From positions 64,001 through 128,000 of the forward strand of contig CAVUZH010000014.1 in assembly GCA_963745835.1 (NCBI GenBank): a stretch of DNA of 64,000 nucleotides, read 5' to 3'. This document shows, in pieces, positions 21,317 to 31,077 of the stretch. The translations under genes were made by a program, and so were the position numbers. This stretch comes from an uncultured delta proteobacterium (GTDB taxonomy: Bacteria; Desulfobacterota; Binatia; UBA9968). Under the pieces are notes generated by a model. The model saw only the letters and a list, made by a program, of their open reading frames with translations. It had not been told where the DNA came from and ran no database searches. Within the stretch, counting starts at the first letter, position 1. Every line of letters begins with the position of its first letter.

Positions 21317-22309
21317 TTACCTATAGAGATTGTCGATGAAGCCGCTCTTGATAAGCTCCTGCATCAGGCTTCCATCGACATAGTCTTTGGGATCGGTCGA
21401 GGCATTCGCCGGCCGTTCTTTGCCGAGCAAATCCAGCGCGACTTTGGTGGCTTCCAGATTGATGTGCGGAACTTTCAGCATCTGTTCGATGATGACCTCT
21501 TGGAAGCTGTCTTCCAGCGCCTCACGATCTTTTTTCGGATCCATGCGCAGATACTTGGCGATTACGAAGACGGCGAAGTCTTTGTCGATCTTGAGCTCTC
21601 TGACGCCTTCCAGATAAGCTTTTAGAAATCTCATGACCGTATCGCGACGGCTCGCTAGTAATTGCCGTGTCACCACCACACCCTCTTGCGGATATGGAAT
21701 GCCTAGCTTGGTCATGTTGATGACCGCGTTGTAACCCAGACGCTGCGCCGCTCCGCTAAGCGGCGGAATCACCACTGTGCCATCTACGGTGCCGGCTTTG
21801 AGCGCGGCGAAGCGCGATGTCTGCCCTCCCACCTGCAAAATGGTTACATCCTTCTCAGGATTGAGCCCGAGTCTCTGCAATGAGACGCGCAATCCGGCAT
21901 CGCTGGCAGAGCCAAAGCGGCTAATGGCAAGCTTGGTTCCTTTCAAATCTTCTGTTCTTTTGATCGCCGGCTTGACGATAAGCGAATACGGAAACTTGTC
22001 CATATGGGTGGCGATCATCACCAGATCCGCACCGCGCACGGCAGCGGTCAAGTAGGCCCCGCCCATGACACCGATAGGAATGGTGCCGCCGATAATAGCT
22101 TGCGCCAACTGAGTGCCGCCCTGCATCGCGATAACTTCACTTTCGAAACCATACTTTTTGAATATACCGCGCTCGTTGGCAGCCCAAACCGGAGTAAATT
22201 CAGCGCTCAAACCGGAGACGCCGACCCTGAGAGCTTCAGCCGGTGCCTGATAGGGATATGCTAAACCGAGCATGATGCAGCAAGAGAACAACCAGATGAG
22301 TCGCTTCAC
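21317..22309 (-). CDS. ABC solute-binding protein, NMT1/SsuA-like
   Basis: GGAGG RBS before GTG 22309; DLKGTKLAISRFGSASD; ELIKSGFIDNLY. Confidence 0.9.
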   Translation of the reverse strand: MKRLIWLFSCCIMLGLAYPYQAPAEALRVGVSGLSAEFTPVWAANERGIFKKYGFESEVIAMQGGTQLAQAIIGGTIPIGVMGGAYLTAAVRGADLVMIATHMDKFPYSLIVKPAIKRTEDLKGTKLAISRFGSASDAGLRVSLQRLGLNPEKDVTILQVGGQTSRFAALKAGTVDGTVVIPPLSGAAQRLGYNAVINMTKLGIPYPQEGVVVTRQLLASRRDTVMRFLKAYLEGVRELKIDKDFAVFVIAKYLRMDPKKDREALEDSFQEVIIEQMLKVPHINLEATKVALDLLGKERPANASTDPKDYVDGSLMQELIKSGFIDNLYR

Positions 22310-22334
22310 ATGCACCTCCGGCAATAAAGTTTGG

Positions 22335-23630
22335 TCATTCGATGCCACACAGAATCATCGCGCTAAGCGCATAGACTTTGGTCGCTTGAACCAGATCGTC
22401 GATCTTCATCGCCCGGTTCTGGGCGCCGCTCAGGCGCTCTCTTTGCCGGGGCGGCCCATAGCAAATGGACGGAATGCCGACCTCGTTGAAAACGTTCAGG
22501 TCGCGCCACATGCTGGTTTCCGCCGATGGCGGTTGCGGCGGCTCCGCACCGAAGAGATAGCGGTGTGCCGATCTAACGGCGTCGATCAAAGGCTCGGCAT
22601 TCTCGGCGATGTGGCCGCGAGAATACTGGAACAAGGAAATATCACAATCTAGATTCACCTTCCCGATGGCAGCGGCAAGCTCCCTTTGGACCGGAAGTGG
22701 ATTCTTGCCGGGCGCGATTCTCACGTCAGCGAAAATGTCACACGTGGCATTTGGCCGTCCCACTCCGGCGCCGCCCCGCACCTCGACGATTTGCGCTTTG
22801 GGTATGATGGTGCCGCCGGCAAACTCGATGGTTTCTCTGTTTTCGTACTGAATCGCCCAGTCTTCGAAGACCTGAATCACATGAGCAGCCTTGGCAAATG
22901 CGTTGGGATTTTCCTGAATCGATGCGCCGCGCTCGTAACGCGGGGTATAGACCTCTCTGCCTTTGACCCGGATCTTGAACCACGCCGCGCCACATTCGGC
23001 CTGAACGATGCCGAAACCCGAGGTCTCGCCGACCAGTGCATAATCGGCAATGGCGCCGCGATCGACGAGCCATTTGGTGCCGAATCCCTCGCCGGGAAAA
23101 TCGATGCCCTGAAACTCATCGATCGATGGATTGCCGGTTTCGGACGCCACCGCCGTCAGGGTCAGATCTCCTTTGAGCTGAATTCCGGCGCGCCTGAGCG
23201 CGCTCATGGCGATCATGAAGGCGCATAGCTGCGCCTTGTCATTGATCATTCCCTTGCCAAAAAGCATCTCACCTTCAACCCATGCGGTCTCGAGCTTTCT
23301 GGCATCCTCGCTTGCGTCAGCCGGCAGCTCCGGACCGGTATCCATGTGCGCATTGAAAATAAGACTGGGCCCTCGACCGCTGCCCGACATAGTCGCAACC
23401 GCGTTAACGCTTCGTTGGGTAATAAACTGCAGTTGGCCGTGGATTTGATACTGATTCAACCAATGGAGCACTGCCTCCCCGACATCGCGCTCCTGGCCAT
23501 GGGGACTCGAGATATTCCCCAACTGCAAACAAAGATCGATCAGTTCGGCGCGCGCTCGTTCAATGATTGCGCTGACCTTATTGAATGCCGGATTCTGTTC
23601 CATATCGAGTTGCGTATCCTTTTGCTTCAC
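22335..23630 (-). CDS. M20-family amidohydrolase (ArgE/DapE-like), atypical metal site
   Basis: FNAHMDT, GKGMINDK, ALVGE; the usual EE pair reads SE and no C-terminal His ligand is evident. Confidence 0.82.
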   Translation of the reverse strand: MKQKDTQLDMEQNPAFNKVSAIIERARAELIDLCLQLGNISSPHGQERDVGEAVLHWLNQYQIHGQLQFITQRSVNAVATMSGSGRGPSLIFNAHMDTGPELPADASEDARKLETAWVEGEMLFGKGMINDKAQLCAFMIAMSALRRAGIQLKGDLTLTAVASETGNPSIDEFQGIDFPGEGFGTKWLVDRGAIADYALVGETSGFGIVQAECGAAWFKIRVKGREVYTPRYERGASIQENPNAFAKAAHVIQVFEDWAIQYENRETIEFAGGTIIPKAQIVEVRGGAGVGRPNATCDIFADVRIAPGKNPLPVQRELAAAIGKVNLDCDISLFQYSRGHIAENAEPLIDAVRSAHRYLFGAEPPQPPSAETSMWRDLNVFNEVGIPSICYGPPRQRERLSGAQNRAMKIDDLVQATKVYALSAMILCGIE

Positions 23631-25900
23631 ATGCCGCGCTTGGCGTCATTAAGCGCGCGCCAGATTCGTTCGGGAGTCAACGGCAAAGTGCGAATCCGCA
23701 CTCCGGTCGCTTGGAAGATCGCGTTGCCGATTGCCGGCGCTATCGAGACGATGCCCGATTCACCCATTCCTTTCGCGCCATAGGGTCCGGGGCCGTCTTC
23801 ATTTTCGATCAATGCTGAATCGAAGAGCGCCGGCATATCGGTGAACCGCGGCACGCGGTAATCAACGAGATTGGCGTTCACCGGCTGGCCGTTCTCGTAC
23901 TGCAGTGACTCAAAAAGAGTGTGCCCCAATCCCTGAATCGCGGCGCCTTCATCCTGACCTTCGGCTTGCACAAGATTGATAGCCTTGCCGACGTCGGCAA
24001 CCGTGATGTAGCGATCGACTTGGATCGCCCCAGTTTCGATATCGAGGGAAATTTCCGCGGCGCCCATTCCGGTTTCCCAGAACAGAGGTAACTTCGGACC
24101 GAGCCCCTGTCCCGGGCGCATGGTGCCACGGCCGATGAGTTCGCCGCCGGGCATGCCAAAATACCTGCTGACCACTTCGCCATAGGTCAGACAACGATCG
24201 CCGCAACTGGCGGTGCCGTTGCGCAAGGTAATCGAATTAGTGTTGGTGCCGAGCGCTTCGGCGGCGGCGGCGATCAATTGCTTGCGCAAATCGAGCGCGG
24301 CGAGTTTGACCGCGCTTCCCATGACTGTGGTTGAGCGGCTAGCGCCGGTGGAGCGATCGAAAGGCGTTGCCAGCGTATCGGTGCCACGCATGATCACGGA
24401 TTCGATCGGAACATCCAGCTCCCGGGCGACGATTTGGCTGAGGATCGTGCGCGCGCCTTGACCCACTTCGGTGGTGCCGGCGAGCAACAGAACGCTGCCG
24501 TCGGCAAGAAGCCTGAGCAGGGCCACCGAAACCGGCATCGCTTCGGAATCGGAAACGCCCACAGCAACACCCCGGCCTTTGCCTATGCGATTGGGTCGCT
24601 GGCTCCAGCAGACATGATCCGCGGCGACTTTGGTTCCTTGCCGCAGATCCGCGTCGATGGGCGTGGCGCCGCTTTTTAGCTCTTCCCCCCGCTTGAGTAA
24701 ATTGCGCATGCGAAATTCCAGCGGGTCCAAGCCGAGTCGATGAGCGATACTGTCCATGTGCGATTCCAAGGCCCAGATCGTCTGCGGCCCACCGATGGAA
24801 CGCATCGAACCGGCCGGAACCGTGTTCGTGTAAACCGCTGAAACCTCGACTTTGCAATCGCCCAGTTTGTAGGGACCGATCATGCGGCTGATCGCGCGCT
24901 TGGCTACGCGCGGTCCGTTATCGGCGTACGCGCCGGTATCCATCACCACTTCGGCATCCCGCGCAACCAGCGTCCCGTCGCGGTTAAAGCCGGTCTTGAT
25001 GCGCACCTTGGCGGAGTGGCGCCGCGTCGTCAGCATCGCCTCCGGCACGCTTTGCGCAAGGCGCACCGGTCGACCCGCGGTCTTGCGCGCGATGGCGACG
25101 ATCAACGGTTCGATCTTGAAATAAGATTTGCTGCCATAAGCGCCGCCAACGTACGGCACAACGACCTCGACTTTTGCATGTGGCAAGCCGAACATGTGCG
25201 CCAGTTCGGAGCGAACCAGAAACGGATGAGCCGACGAGCTCCATAGAGTAATGCCGCCGTCGGTGACCCGCGCCACCGACGTGTGCGGCTCCATGGCGTA
25301 CTGATAGATCATCGGGAACTCGAACGTTTCCTCGATAATGTGGTCGGCTCGGGCAAAGCCACGGGTCAGATCTCCTCTTTCAAAGAATTCGTAATGACAG
25401 ACGTTGGGCTGCATCACGGCGCCGACGGTGGCGATGTCATGGAATTCGCCGGTACCGGCGGTGCTTTCGTGCATAAGCGGGGCGCCAGCGGCGAGCGCGT
25501 CTTCAACCGTCGCAAGGCACGGCAGCTCCTGGTAGCGCACGTCGATTAGAGACAGCGCTTCCTCGGCAATCAATGGATGTTCGGCAGCGACCACCGCCAC
25601 CGGCTCACCGACAAACCGAACTTTGTCCAACGCGACCAGCGGGCGATCACGCAGACAATTGCCATAAAAGGGATTGATGTCTTTGACGTCGTCGCGGGTC
25701 AGAATCGCCACCACTCCGGAATGAGCGGCTGCCTTCTGTGTGTCGATCGATTCAATGCGCGCGTGAGGATAGGGGCTGCGCAGGACTTTTGCCTCCAATA
25801 ACCCGGGCAGATTCAGATCGCCGGTGTATTTCGCCTCGCCGGTAACTTTGTCAAAACCGTCGACGCGAGAAGCCTTCTGACCGTCTATCATACCCAACAC
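23627..25900 (-). CDS. Xanthine dehydrogenase-family molybdopterin-binding large subunit
   Basis: KVTGEAKY, RSPYPHARI, VGGAYGSK, EVGQG, GPYGAKGMGE, LPLTPE. Confidence 0.92.
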   Translation of the reverse strand: MLGMIDGQKASRVDGFDKVTGEAKYTGDLNLPGLLEAKVLRSPYPHARIESIDTQKAAAHSGVVAILTRDDVKDINPFYGNCLRDRPLVALDKVRFVGEPVAVVAAEHPLIAEEALSLIDVRYQELPCLATVEDALAAGAPLMHESTAGTGEFHDIATVGAVMQPNVCHYEFFERGDLTRGFARADHIIEETFEFPMIYQYAMEPHTSVARVTDGGITLWSSSAHPFLVRSELAHMFGLPHAKVEVVVPYVGGAYGSKSYFKIEPLIVAIARKTAGRPVRLAQSVPEAMLTTRRHSAKVRIKTGFNRDGTLVARDAEVVMDTGAYADNGPRVAKRAISRMIGPYKLGDCKVEVSAVYTNTVPAGSMRSIGGPQTIWALESHMDSIAHRLGLDPLEFRMRNLLKRGEELKSGATPIDADLRQGTKVAADHVCWSQRPNRIGKGRGVAVGVSDSEAMPVSVALLRLLADGSVLLLAGTTEVGQGARTILSQIVARELDVPIESVIMRGTDTLATPFDRSTGASRSTTVMGSAVKLAALDLRKQLIAAAAEALGTNTNSITLRNGTASCGDRCLTYGEVVSRYFGMPGGELIGRGTMRPGQGLGPKLPLFWETGMGAAEISLDIETGAIQVDRYITVADVGKAINLVQAEGQDEGAAIQGLGHTLFESLQYENGQPVNANLVDYRVPRFTDMPALFDSALIENEDGPGPYGAKGMGESGIVSIAPAIGNAIFQATGVRIRTLPLTPERIWRALNDAKRGM

Positions 25901-25909
25901 GATTGTTGA

Positions 25910-26941
25910 TTAGATGATGGACTGTTCGGGAAGAATCGTCTTCAAAACGCGCAGATAATTGCCGCCGAGAATCAGAGCAATTTCGTTGTCGCGGTAACCG
26001 TGCTTCTGCAGGCCGTCGATTAGATTCGGCAAATCCTCGATCTCTTCGAATCCCTTGATCAGCGGGTCTTTGTGCAATGGATGGTGACGATCCTTGAGCG
26101 TGCGCGGCCCGTCATACTTGACGAAATCCATGCCCAGAGCCAGATGCTCGACGCCGACGAGTTTGATCATGTAGTCCATGTGCCTCAGCATGTCTTCGAT
26201 GCCGACTTCGCCTTTGCCGACCCGTTCCGGCAAGGCCAGAATGCCTACCACGCCGCCCTGATCGGCAATCGCTTTGATCTGATCGTCGGCAAGATTTCTC
26301 ACGCTGTCGAGCATGCCGCAGGCGTTGGCATGGCTGACGATCAGCGGCGCGGTGGCGACCTCGAGGCTCTGGAAAAAACCTTCCCGATTCATGTGCGACA
26401 AATCGACGATCATGCCCAGGCGATTGGCCTCCTTAATCACTTCGACGCCAAAGTTCGTGAGCCCTCCCCCGGTTCGATTCTCCCAGACGCCGTCGCCGAG
26501 CTCGTTGCGAAAATTCCAAACCGGCTGCAACGAGCGCAGTCCCAGGCGATAGAAGTTTCTGAGATTTTGAATGCTGCCGCGCAAAGGCATGCAGCCTTCG
26601 AAGTGGAGCAAAAATTTTATCGTCCCGGGCTCGACTTTTTCCGGCAGATCGCCGCGGGTTCTGACCATCGAGATCATGCCCTCGGATTTGGGCGCCTCCT
26701 GCAGAAACTGGTCGATGTTTTCGAGCGCGGTCTCCAGGTAACGGCCGGTATTTTGCGAATGAGAATAAGAATCGCCGCTGATAGCGTAGACGGAGAGATT
26801 GATGGCGTCGCGAATCAATCGAGGCGCAATCGCGTCGCGGATCGGCATCGATTCGCCGATCGAGGTCCTGTAGAGCTGCTCATAAACGTCCCGATGTCCT
26901 TCGACCACGACGTGCGTTTGCAGAAGCTCTTTGGCGTCCAT
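25910..26941 (-). CDS. Membrane-dipeptidase family (M19) amidohydrolase
   Basis: GHRD, HFEG, GLTNFG, VDLSH, SHAN, RNLADDQI, GMDF. Confidence 0.9.
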   Translation of the reverse strand: MDAKELLQTHVVVEGHRDVYEQLYRTSIGESMPIRDAIAPRLIRDAINLSVYAISGDSYSHSQNTGRYLETALENIDQFLQEAPKSEGMISMVRTRGDLPEKVEPGTIKFLLHFEGCMPLRGSIQNLRNFYRLGLRSLQPVWNFRNELGDGVWENRTGGGLTNFGVEVIKEANRLGMIVDLSHMNREGFFQSLEVATAPLIVSHANACGMLDSVRNLADDQIKAIADQGGVVGILALPERVGKGEVGIEDMLRHMDYMIKLVGVEHLALGMDFVKYDGPRTLKDRHHPLHKDPLIKGFEEIEDLPNLIDGLQKHGYRDNEIALILGGNYLRVLKTILPEQSII

Positions 26942-26990
26942 AGTTCTCCTATCTTTTCTTGAAGATCTGCGCGCCTTCGGATAGTAGTAG

Positions 26991-28622
26991 TTGCATTATT
27001 CATTAGCAAGTCATCCTTTGACTTTAGTTATCAGAAAACCACGACTGCTCTACTACGCCGTCACTCTGGCGCTGCTGCTGATTTTCGTTTCCTGCAAGAC
27101 GGCGCCGGACTCCGATTCGAGTGCCTCCGACACCCATTTTCGCGTTAATCTCGGCACCGAACCACCGAGCCTGGATTGGTCGCTAGCCACCGATGGGGTT
27201 TCGTTTAATGTCATTGCCAACTTGATGGTCGGGCTGACCGAATTTACCCGAGATCTCAAGCCGGCGCCGGTGATCGCCAAGTCTTGGGATATAGCCGATA
27301 GCGGCAACCGGATCATTTTCCATCTGCGCGATGATGTCTTGTGGAGTGACGGTCAAAAAGTCCGCGCTCAAGATTTCGAATACTCTTGGAAGAGGCTTCT
27401 CAATCCTAAAACCGCATCGGAGTACGCCTACATTCTTTTCGACATTGTCAACGCGCAAGAATATCACGAGAGCAAACTTGCCGATGCCGGAGAGGTCGGC
27501 GTTCGAGCACTGGATGACGTCACTCTTGAGGTTAAATTACGCCATTCCGCTTCGTACTTTCTCTCGCTCACCACTTTCGAAGTCACTTTTCCGCAGCGGC
27601 AAGATATCGTCGAAAAATTCGGATCGCGTTGGACCGACCCGGAACACATCGTCACCAACGGGCCGTTCACACTGGCCTCTTGGAAACATGAGAACGAGAT
27701 TCAGCTGCGCGCCAATCCCAAGTATTTCCTCGGCAAGCCGGTCATGGATCGAATTACGATGTTGATGGTGAGCGAGAAGACCACTGCCCTAGCGCTGTAT
27801 GAGCAGGGACAGTTGGATTTCATTGACAATCGCAGCATCCCGACATTGGAAAAAAAGCGCATCGCCAAACAACGCGGTTTTCATCACGTGCCGCAACTGC
27901 GCGGCTACTACTATGGCTTTGCGACCCATCGAAAACCGTTTAACGATCCGCGCGTGAGGAAAGCCTTCGCCATGGCCATCGATCGCGACACTTTCCCGAA
28001 AATTCTGCAGGGCGGTGAGAAACCGGCTTCCTCTTGGATTCCGCCGGGGATGCTGGCGCACAACTCAAAGATCGGCGTGCATTTCAATCCGCCGGAAGCG
28101 CGCCGGCTGCTGCGCGAGGCCGGCTATCCGGATGGCAAAGGATTTCCTCAAGTGGTGTTGGCATACAATACGGAAGAAGATCACAAACTCGTGGCCGAGG
28201 CGGTGCAGAGCATGTGGCAGCGAAATCTCGGCGTTATCGTCAGGCTCGATAATCAGGAGTGGAAAGTTTATTTAAAAAATCTGCAAAACGATCCGCCGCA
28301 TATTTTCCGTTTGGGCTGGGGAGCCGATTACCCGGACCCGGACAATTTCATGAAACTCTTTACCGCCAGCAGCGGCAACAACAATACCCGCTGGAAGAAT
28401 CCTCGTTATGATCAACTGCTCGATCTCGCTGCCCGGGAGCTCGATGGTAAAAAACGGGTAAAACTTTACGACGAGGCGCAAAAAATCCTTGTTGAAACCG
28501 ATCTGCCGATCGTGCCTCTTTTCTGGACCAGCGAAAGCACCCTGCTCAATCCCCGCTTCACCGGCCTCGAGTTCAACTCAATGGCGCGCATCGATCTCAG
28601 AAATGTCCGGCCAGCGGATTAG
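26991..28622 (+). CDS. oppA: Oligopeptide ABC transporter substrate-binding lipoprotein
   Basis: Lipobox FVSC; EPPSLD; WSDG; NGPF; GWGADYPDP; start uncertain. Confidence 0.9.
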   Translation: MHYSLASHPLTLVIRKPRLLYYAVTLALLLIFVSCKTAPDSDSSASDTHFRVNLGTEPPSLDWSLATDGVSFNVIANLMVGLTEFTRDLKPAPVIAKSWDIADSGNRIIFHLRDDVLWSDGQKVRAQDFEYSWKRLLNPKTASEYAYILFDIVNAQEYHESKLADAGEVGVRALDDVTLEVKLRHSASYFLSLTTFEVTFPQRQDIVEKFGSRWTDPEHIVTNGPFTLASWKHENEIQLRANPKYFLGKPVMDRITMLMVSEKTTALALYEQGQLDFIDNRSIPTLEKKRIAKQRGFHHVPQLRGYYYGFATHRKPFNDPRVRKAFAMAIDRDTFPKILQGGEKPASSWIPPGMLAHNSKIGVHFNPPEARRLLREAGYPDGKGFPQVVLAYNTEEDHKLVAEAVQSMWQRNLGVIVRLDNQEWKVYLKNLQNDPPHIFRLGWGADYPDPDNFMKLFTASSGNNNTRWKNPRYDQLLDLAARELDGKKRVKLYDEAQKILVETDLPIVPLFWTSESTLLNPRFTGLEFNSMARIDLRNVRPAD

Positions 28623-28635
28623 GAAAAACCGCGAG

Positions 28636-28782
28636 GTTCAAAACGTTGAAGCAGCTCAAATCGTTCAAATCGTTATGCTGATTGTCTGGAACCGGAGCGT
28701 AGCAAGCATCTATCAGTTGAACGTCTTGGAACCGAGCGCAGCGATTGAAACGTCTGAAACGATTGGAACCTGAGCGCAGCGA
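28636..28782. repeat. Intergenic short-unit repeat cluster (REP-like)
   Basis: Repeated TTCAAA(T/A)CG units, inverted CGATTGGAA/TTGAACG units, three GGAAC(C)xGAGCG(C/T)AGC copies. Confidence 0.6.
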
Positions 28783-28886
28783 CTATTGTTGCCATGCGGC
28801 ATAAAATCATGTAGGTGCCATTAGAACCCAGCGCTTCCGGAATCCTCTTCCGCAGTGCAACAAACATCACGAGAAAGGTAGACGGT

Positions 28887-29399
28887 ATGGAACTCAGCGA
28901 AGATGATGTGCTGCATATATTGAAACTGATCGATGAATCCAAATTCGATTACTTCCAGCTTGAAGTCGGCGAACTCAAAATTACCGTTAGCAAAGGGGAG
29001 CCGATCCCGCTCAACTCCGCGCCGCAGCAGGTGGCCACGGCAACCACCGCGCCAGCCGCGCCGGTGAGCGCGAAACCGGCAGCTGCGCCGGCAGCGGCCG
29101 CCGCTACGCCGGCAGCACAAACTGCGCGCGACAGCGTGGAAGCGCGCGCTGCCGCCGAAGGGCTGCTTACGGTCACGGCCCCGCTTCTCGGGACGTTTTA
29201 TGTAGCCCCGGAGCCCGGCGCCCCGCCGTTCACTCACGTCGGCGCCAATGTCACCGAAGATACAACTGTCGGGCTCATCGAAGTGATGAAGGTTTTCAAT
29301 AGCGTTCGCGCCGGCTTCAAAGGAACCATCGTCGAAGCAGTCGCTCAAAATGGTCAATTCGTCGAATACGGTCAGACGCTCTTTCTCGTTAAACCATGA
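28887..29399 (+). CDS. accB: Biotin carboxyl carrier protein
   Basis: Ala/Pro linker; APLLGTFY; biotinylation motif EVMKV; VEYGQ. Confidence 0.9.
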   Translation: MELSEDDVLHILKLIDESKFDYFQLEVGELKITVSKGEPIPLNSAPQQVATATTAPAAPVSAKPAAAPAAAAATPAAQTARDSVEARAAAEGLLTVTAPLLGTFYVAPEPGAPPFTHVGANVTEDTTVGLIEVMKVFNSVRAGFKGTIVEAVAQNGQFVEYGQTLFLVKP

Positions 29400-30754
29400 G
29401 CGTTAGCCGAGTTCTCGTTGCCAATCGCGGCGAAATCGCCGTCCGTATTATCAAGGCCTGCCAGTCTTTAGGGATCGAAACCGTTGCCGCCGTTTCCGAA
29501 GCGGATCGCGAAAGTCTCGCGGCAAAATTAGCCGGCCGATCGGTGTGCATCGGCCCGCCGCGGTCGACCGACAGCTATTTGAGAACGGCAACCTTGGTCG
29601 CGGCCGCCCAGGCTACCGGGTGCGACGCGCTTCATCCAGGCTACGGCTTTCTCTCCGAGCGAGCCGAGCTCGCGCAAGCTTGCGCCGATAACAAACTGAC
29701 ATTTGTCGGGCCCAGTGTCGAAAACATCACGATCATGGGCGACAAGCTTCAAGCCAGGCAAATCGCCGGCTCCTCCGGTGTTCCTACGGTGCCGGGATCC
29801 GACCACGCCAGGACTCCAGAGGAAGCTGCTCAGCTGGCCGAGAACGTCGGCTATCCTATCTTGCTCAAAGCATCGGCCGGCGGTGGAGGCCGGGGCATCA
29901 AGCTGGTCTCGAAGCCCGCGGAAATGGAAATGACCTTCAAAACGGCAGCCGCAGAGGCGCAAGCGGCATTTGGCAACAACACGCTTTACATGGAACGCTA
30001 CGTCGGCGATGCGCGGCATATCGAAGTTCAGATATTGGGCGACCATTTCGGCAAGGTCGTTCACTTGGGCGAACGTGACTGCTCGCTGCAGCGCCGTCAT
30101 CAAAAAATCATCGAAGAGGCGCCCGCCTATGCCCTCGCCGCCGACGTGCGGGCAAAGATTTGTGATGCCGCCGCGACTTTGGCTCGCAGCATCGGCTATC
30201 GCAACGCCGGTACCATCGAATTCATTTACGACAACGAAACGCAGGAATTTTTCTTTCTCGAGATGAATACCAGAATTCAGGTCGAGCATCCGATCAGTGA
30301 AATGATTACCGGCGTCGATCTGGTTGCGCAACAACTACTGATCGCCGGCGGCCAACCGCTGTCGTTGGAGCAGTCGGATATCACTTTCACCGGCCACGCC
30401 ATCGAATGCCGCATCAACGCCGAATCGCCGCAACACGGTTTCCGCCCCTGCCCCGGTCGGATCTCCAACTGGCAGGCTCCAGATGGCGCGGGCGTTCGGA
30501 TCGACAGCCACTGCTACTCCGGTTACTTCGTGCCGCCCTATTATGATTCCTTATTGGCCAAGCTGATCGTCCATGGCGCCAATCGCGATCACGCAATCGA
30601 CAAAACCCGGCAAGCCCTGGCTTCCTTCCATGTCGCCGGCATCGACACCGGAATCCCGTTTCTGCAAACCGTCATCGATGACCGGGATTATCAGAGCGGT
30701 CATGTGAATACCCGCTGGCTCGAGAAGAAGCTGGAGGAATACTCACCGGCTTGA
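29396..30754 (+). CDS. accC: Biotin carboxylase
   Basis: ANRGEIA, HPGYGFLSE, GGGGRG, ERDCSLQRRHQK, EMNTRIQVEH, YYDSLLAK. Confidence 0.95.
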   Translation: MSVSRVLVANRGEIAVRIIKACQSLGIETVAAVSEADRESLAAKLAGRSVCIGPPRSTDSYLRTATLVAAAQATGCDALHPGYGFLSERAELAQACADNKLTFVGPSVENITIMGDKLQARQIAGSSGVPTVPGSDHARTPEEAAQLAENVGYPILLKASAGGGGRGIKLVSKPAEMEMTFKTAAAEAQAAFGNNTLYMERYVGDARHIEVQILGDHFGKVVHLGERDCSLQRRHQKIIEEAPAYALAADVRAKICDAAATLARSIGYRNAGTIEFIYDNETQEFFFLEMNTRIQVEHPISEMITGVDLVAQQLLIAGGQPLSLEQSDITFTGHAIECRINAESPQHGFRPCPGRISNWQAPDGAGVRIDSHCYSGYFVPPYYDSLLAKLIVHGANRDHAIDKTRQALASFHVAGIDTGIPFLQTVIDDRDYQSGHVNTRWLEKKLEEYSPA

Positions 30755-30811
30755 AGATGAATCAAATGCGGCAAGCTGAAGTTATCAGAATATAGCGATG
30801 AGATCCAAAGG

Positions 30812-30888
30812 CGTACCCCCGAAAATCTCAATCGGGGGTCCAGTTCCGGTCTCGCCTGGATTCCCGATACAAGCATTCGGGAATGACG
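30812..30888. repeat. Double-hairpin REP-like element
   Basis: CCCCCGA..TCGGGGG-TCCAG ... CTGGA-TTCCCGA..TCGGGAATGAC: two hairpins in inverted arrangement. Confidence 0.6.
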
Positions 30889-30937
30889 GACTATAAGTGG
30901 GAATAACTCTTTAGCACCGTGTCATCGAAGCTAAATT

Positions 30938-31066
30938 GCAGGCTGTTCAAAAAGGTCTCAGATGCGAGGCGCGCGAAGTTCGATGAGCTGGAGACGTACG
31001 CTTCAGTACGTTGAAGCGAGTCGGGCGAGCGCAACGACGCAGGTGAGCCTTTTTCAACCAGCCTGC
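30938..31066. mobile_element. MITE-like element (~130 bp) with terminal inverted repeats
   Basis: GCAGGCTGTTCAAAAAGG ... CCTTTTTCAACCAGCCTGC; internal CGTAC..GTACG; no transposase ORF. Confidence 0.65.
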
Positions 31067-31077
31067 CAAGGATAGAC

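Noticed and set aside
23627-25900. Aerobic CO dehydrogenase CoxL
   Set aside because: Lacks the AYxCSFR (form I) and AYxGAGR (form II) motifs; no coxMS
26072-26962. Long antisense ORFs (also 29528..30334, 44163..45095, 45844..46674)
   Set aside because: Shadow frames opposite well-supported genes in GC-rich DNA
28636-28782. CRISPR array
   Set aside because: Units too short and irregular, no unique constant-length spacers, no cas genes
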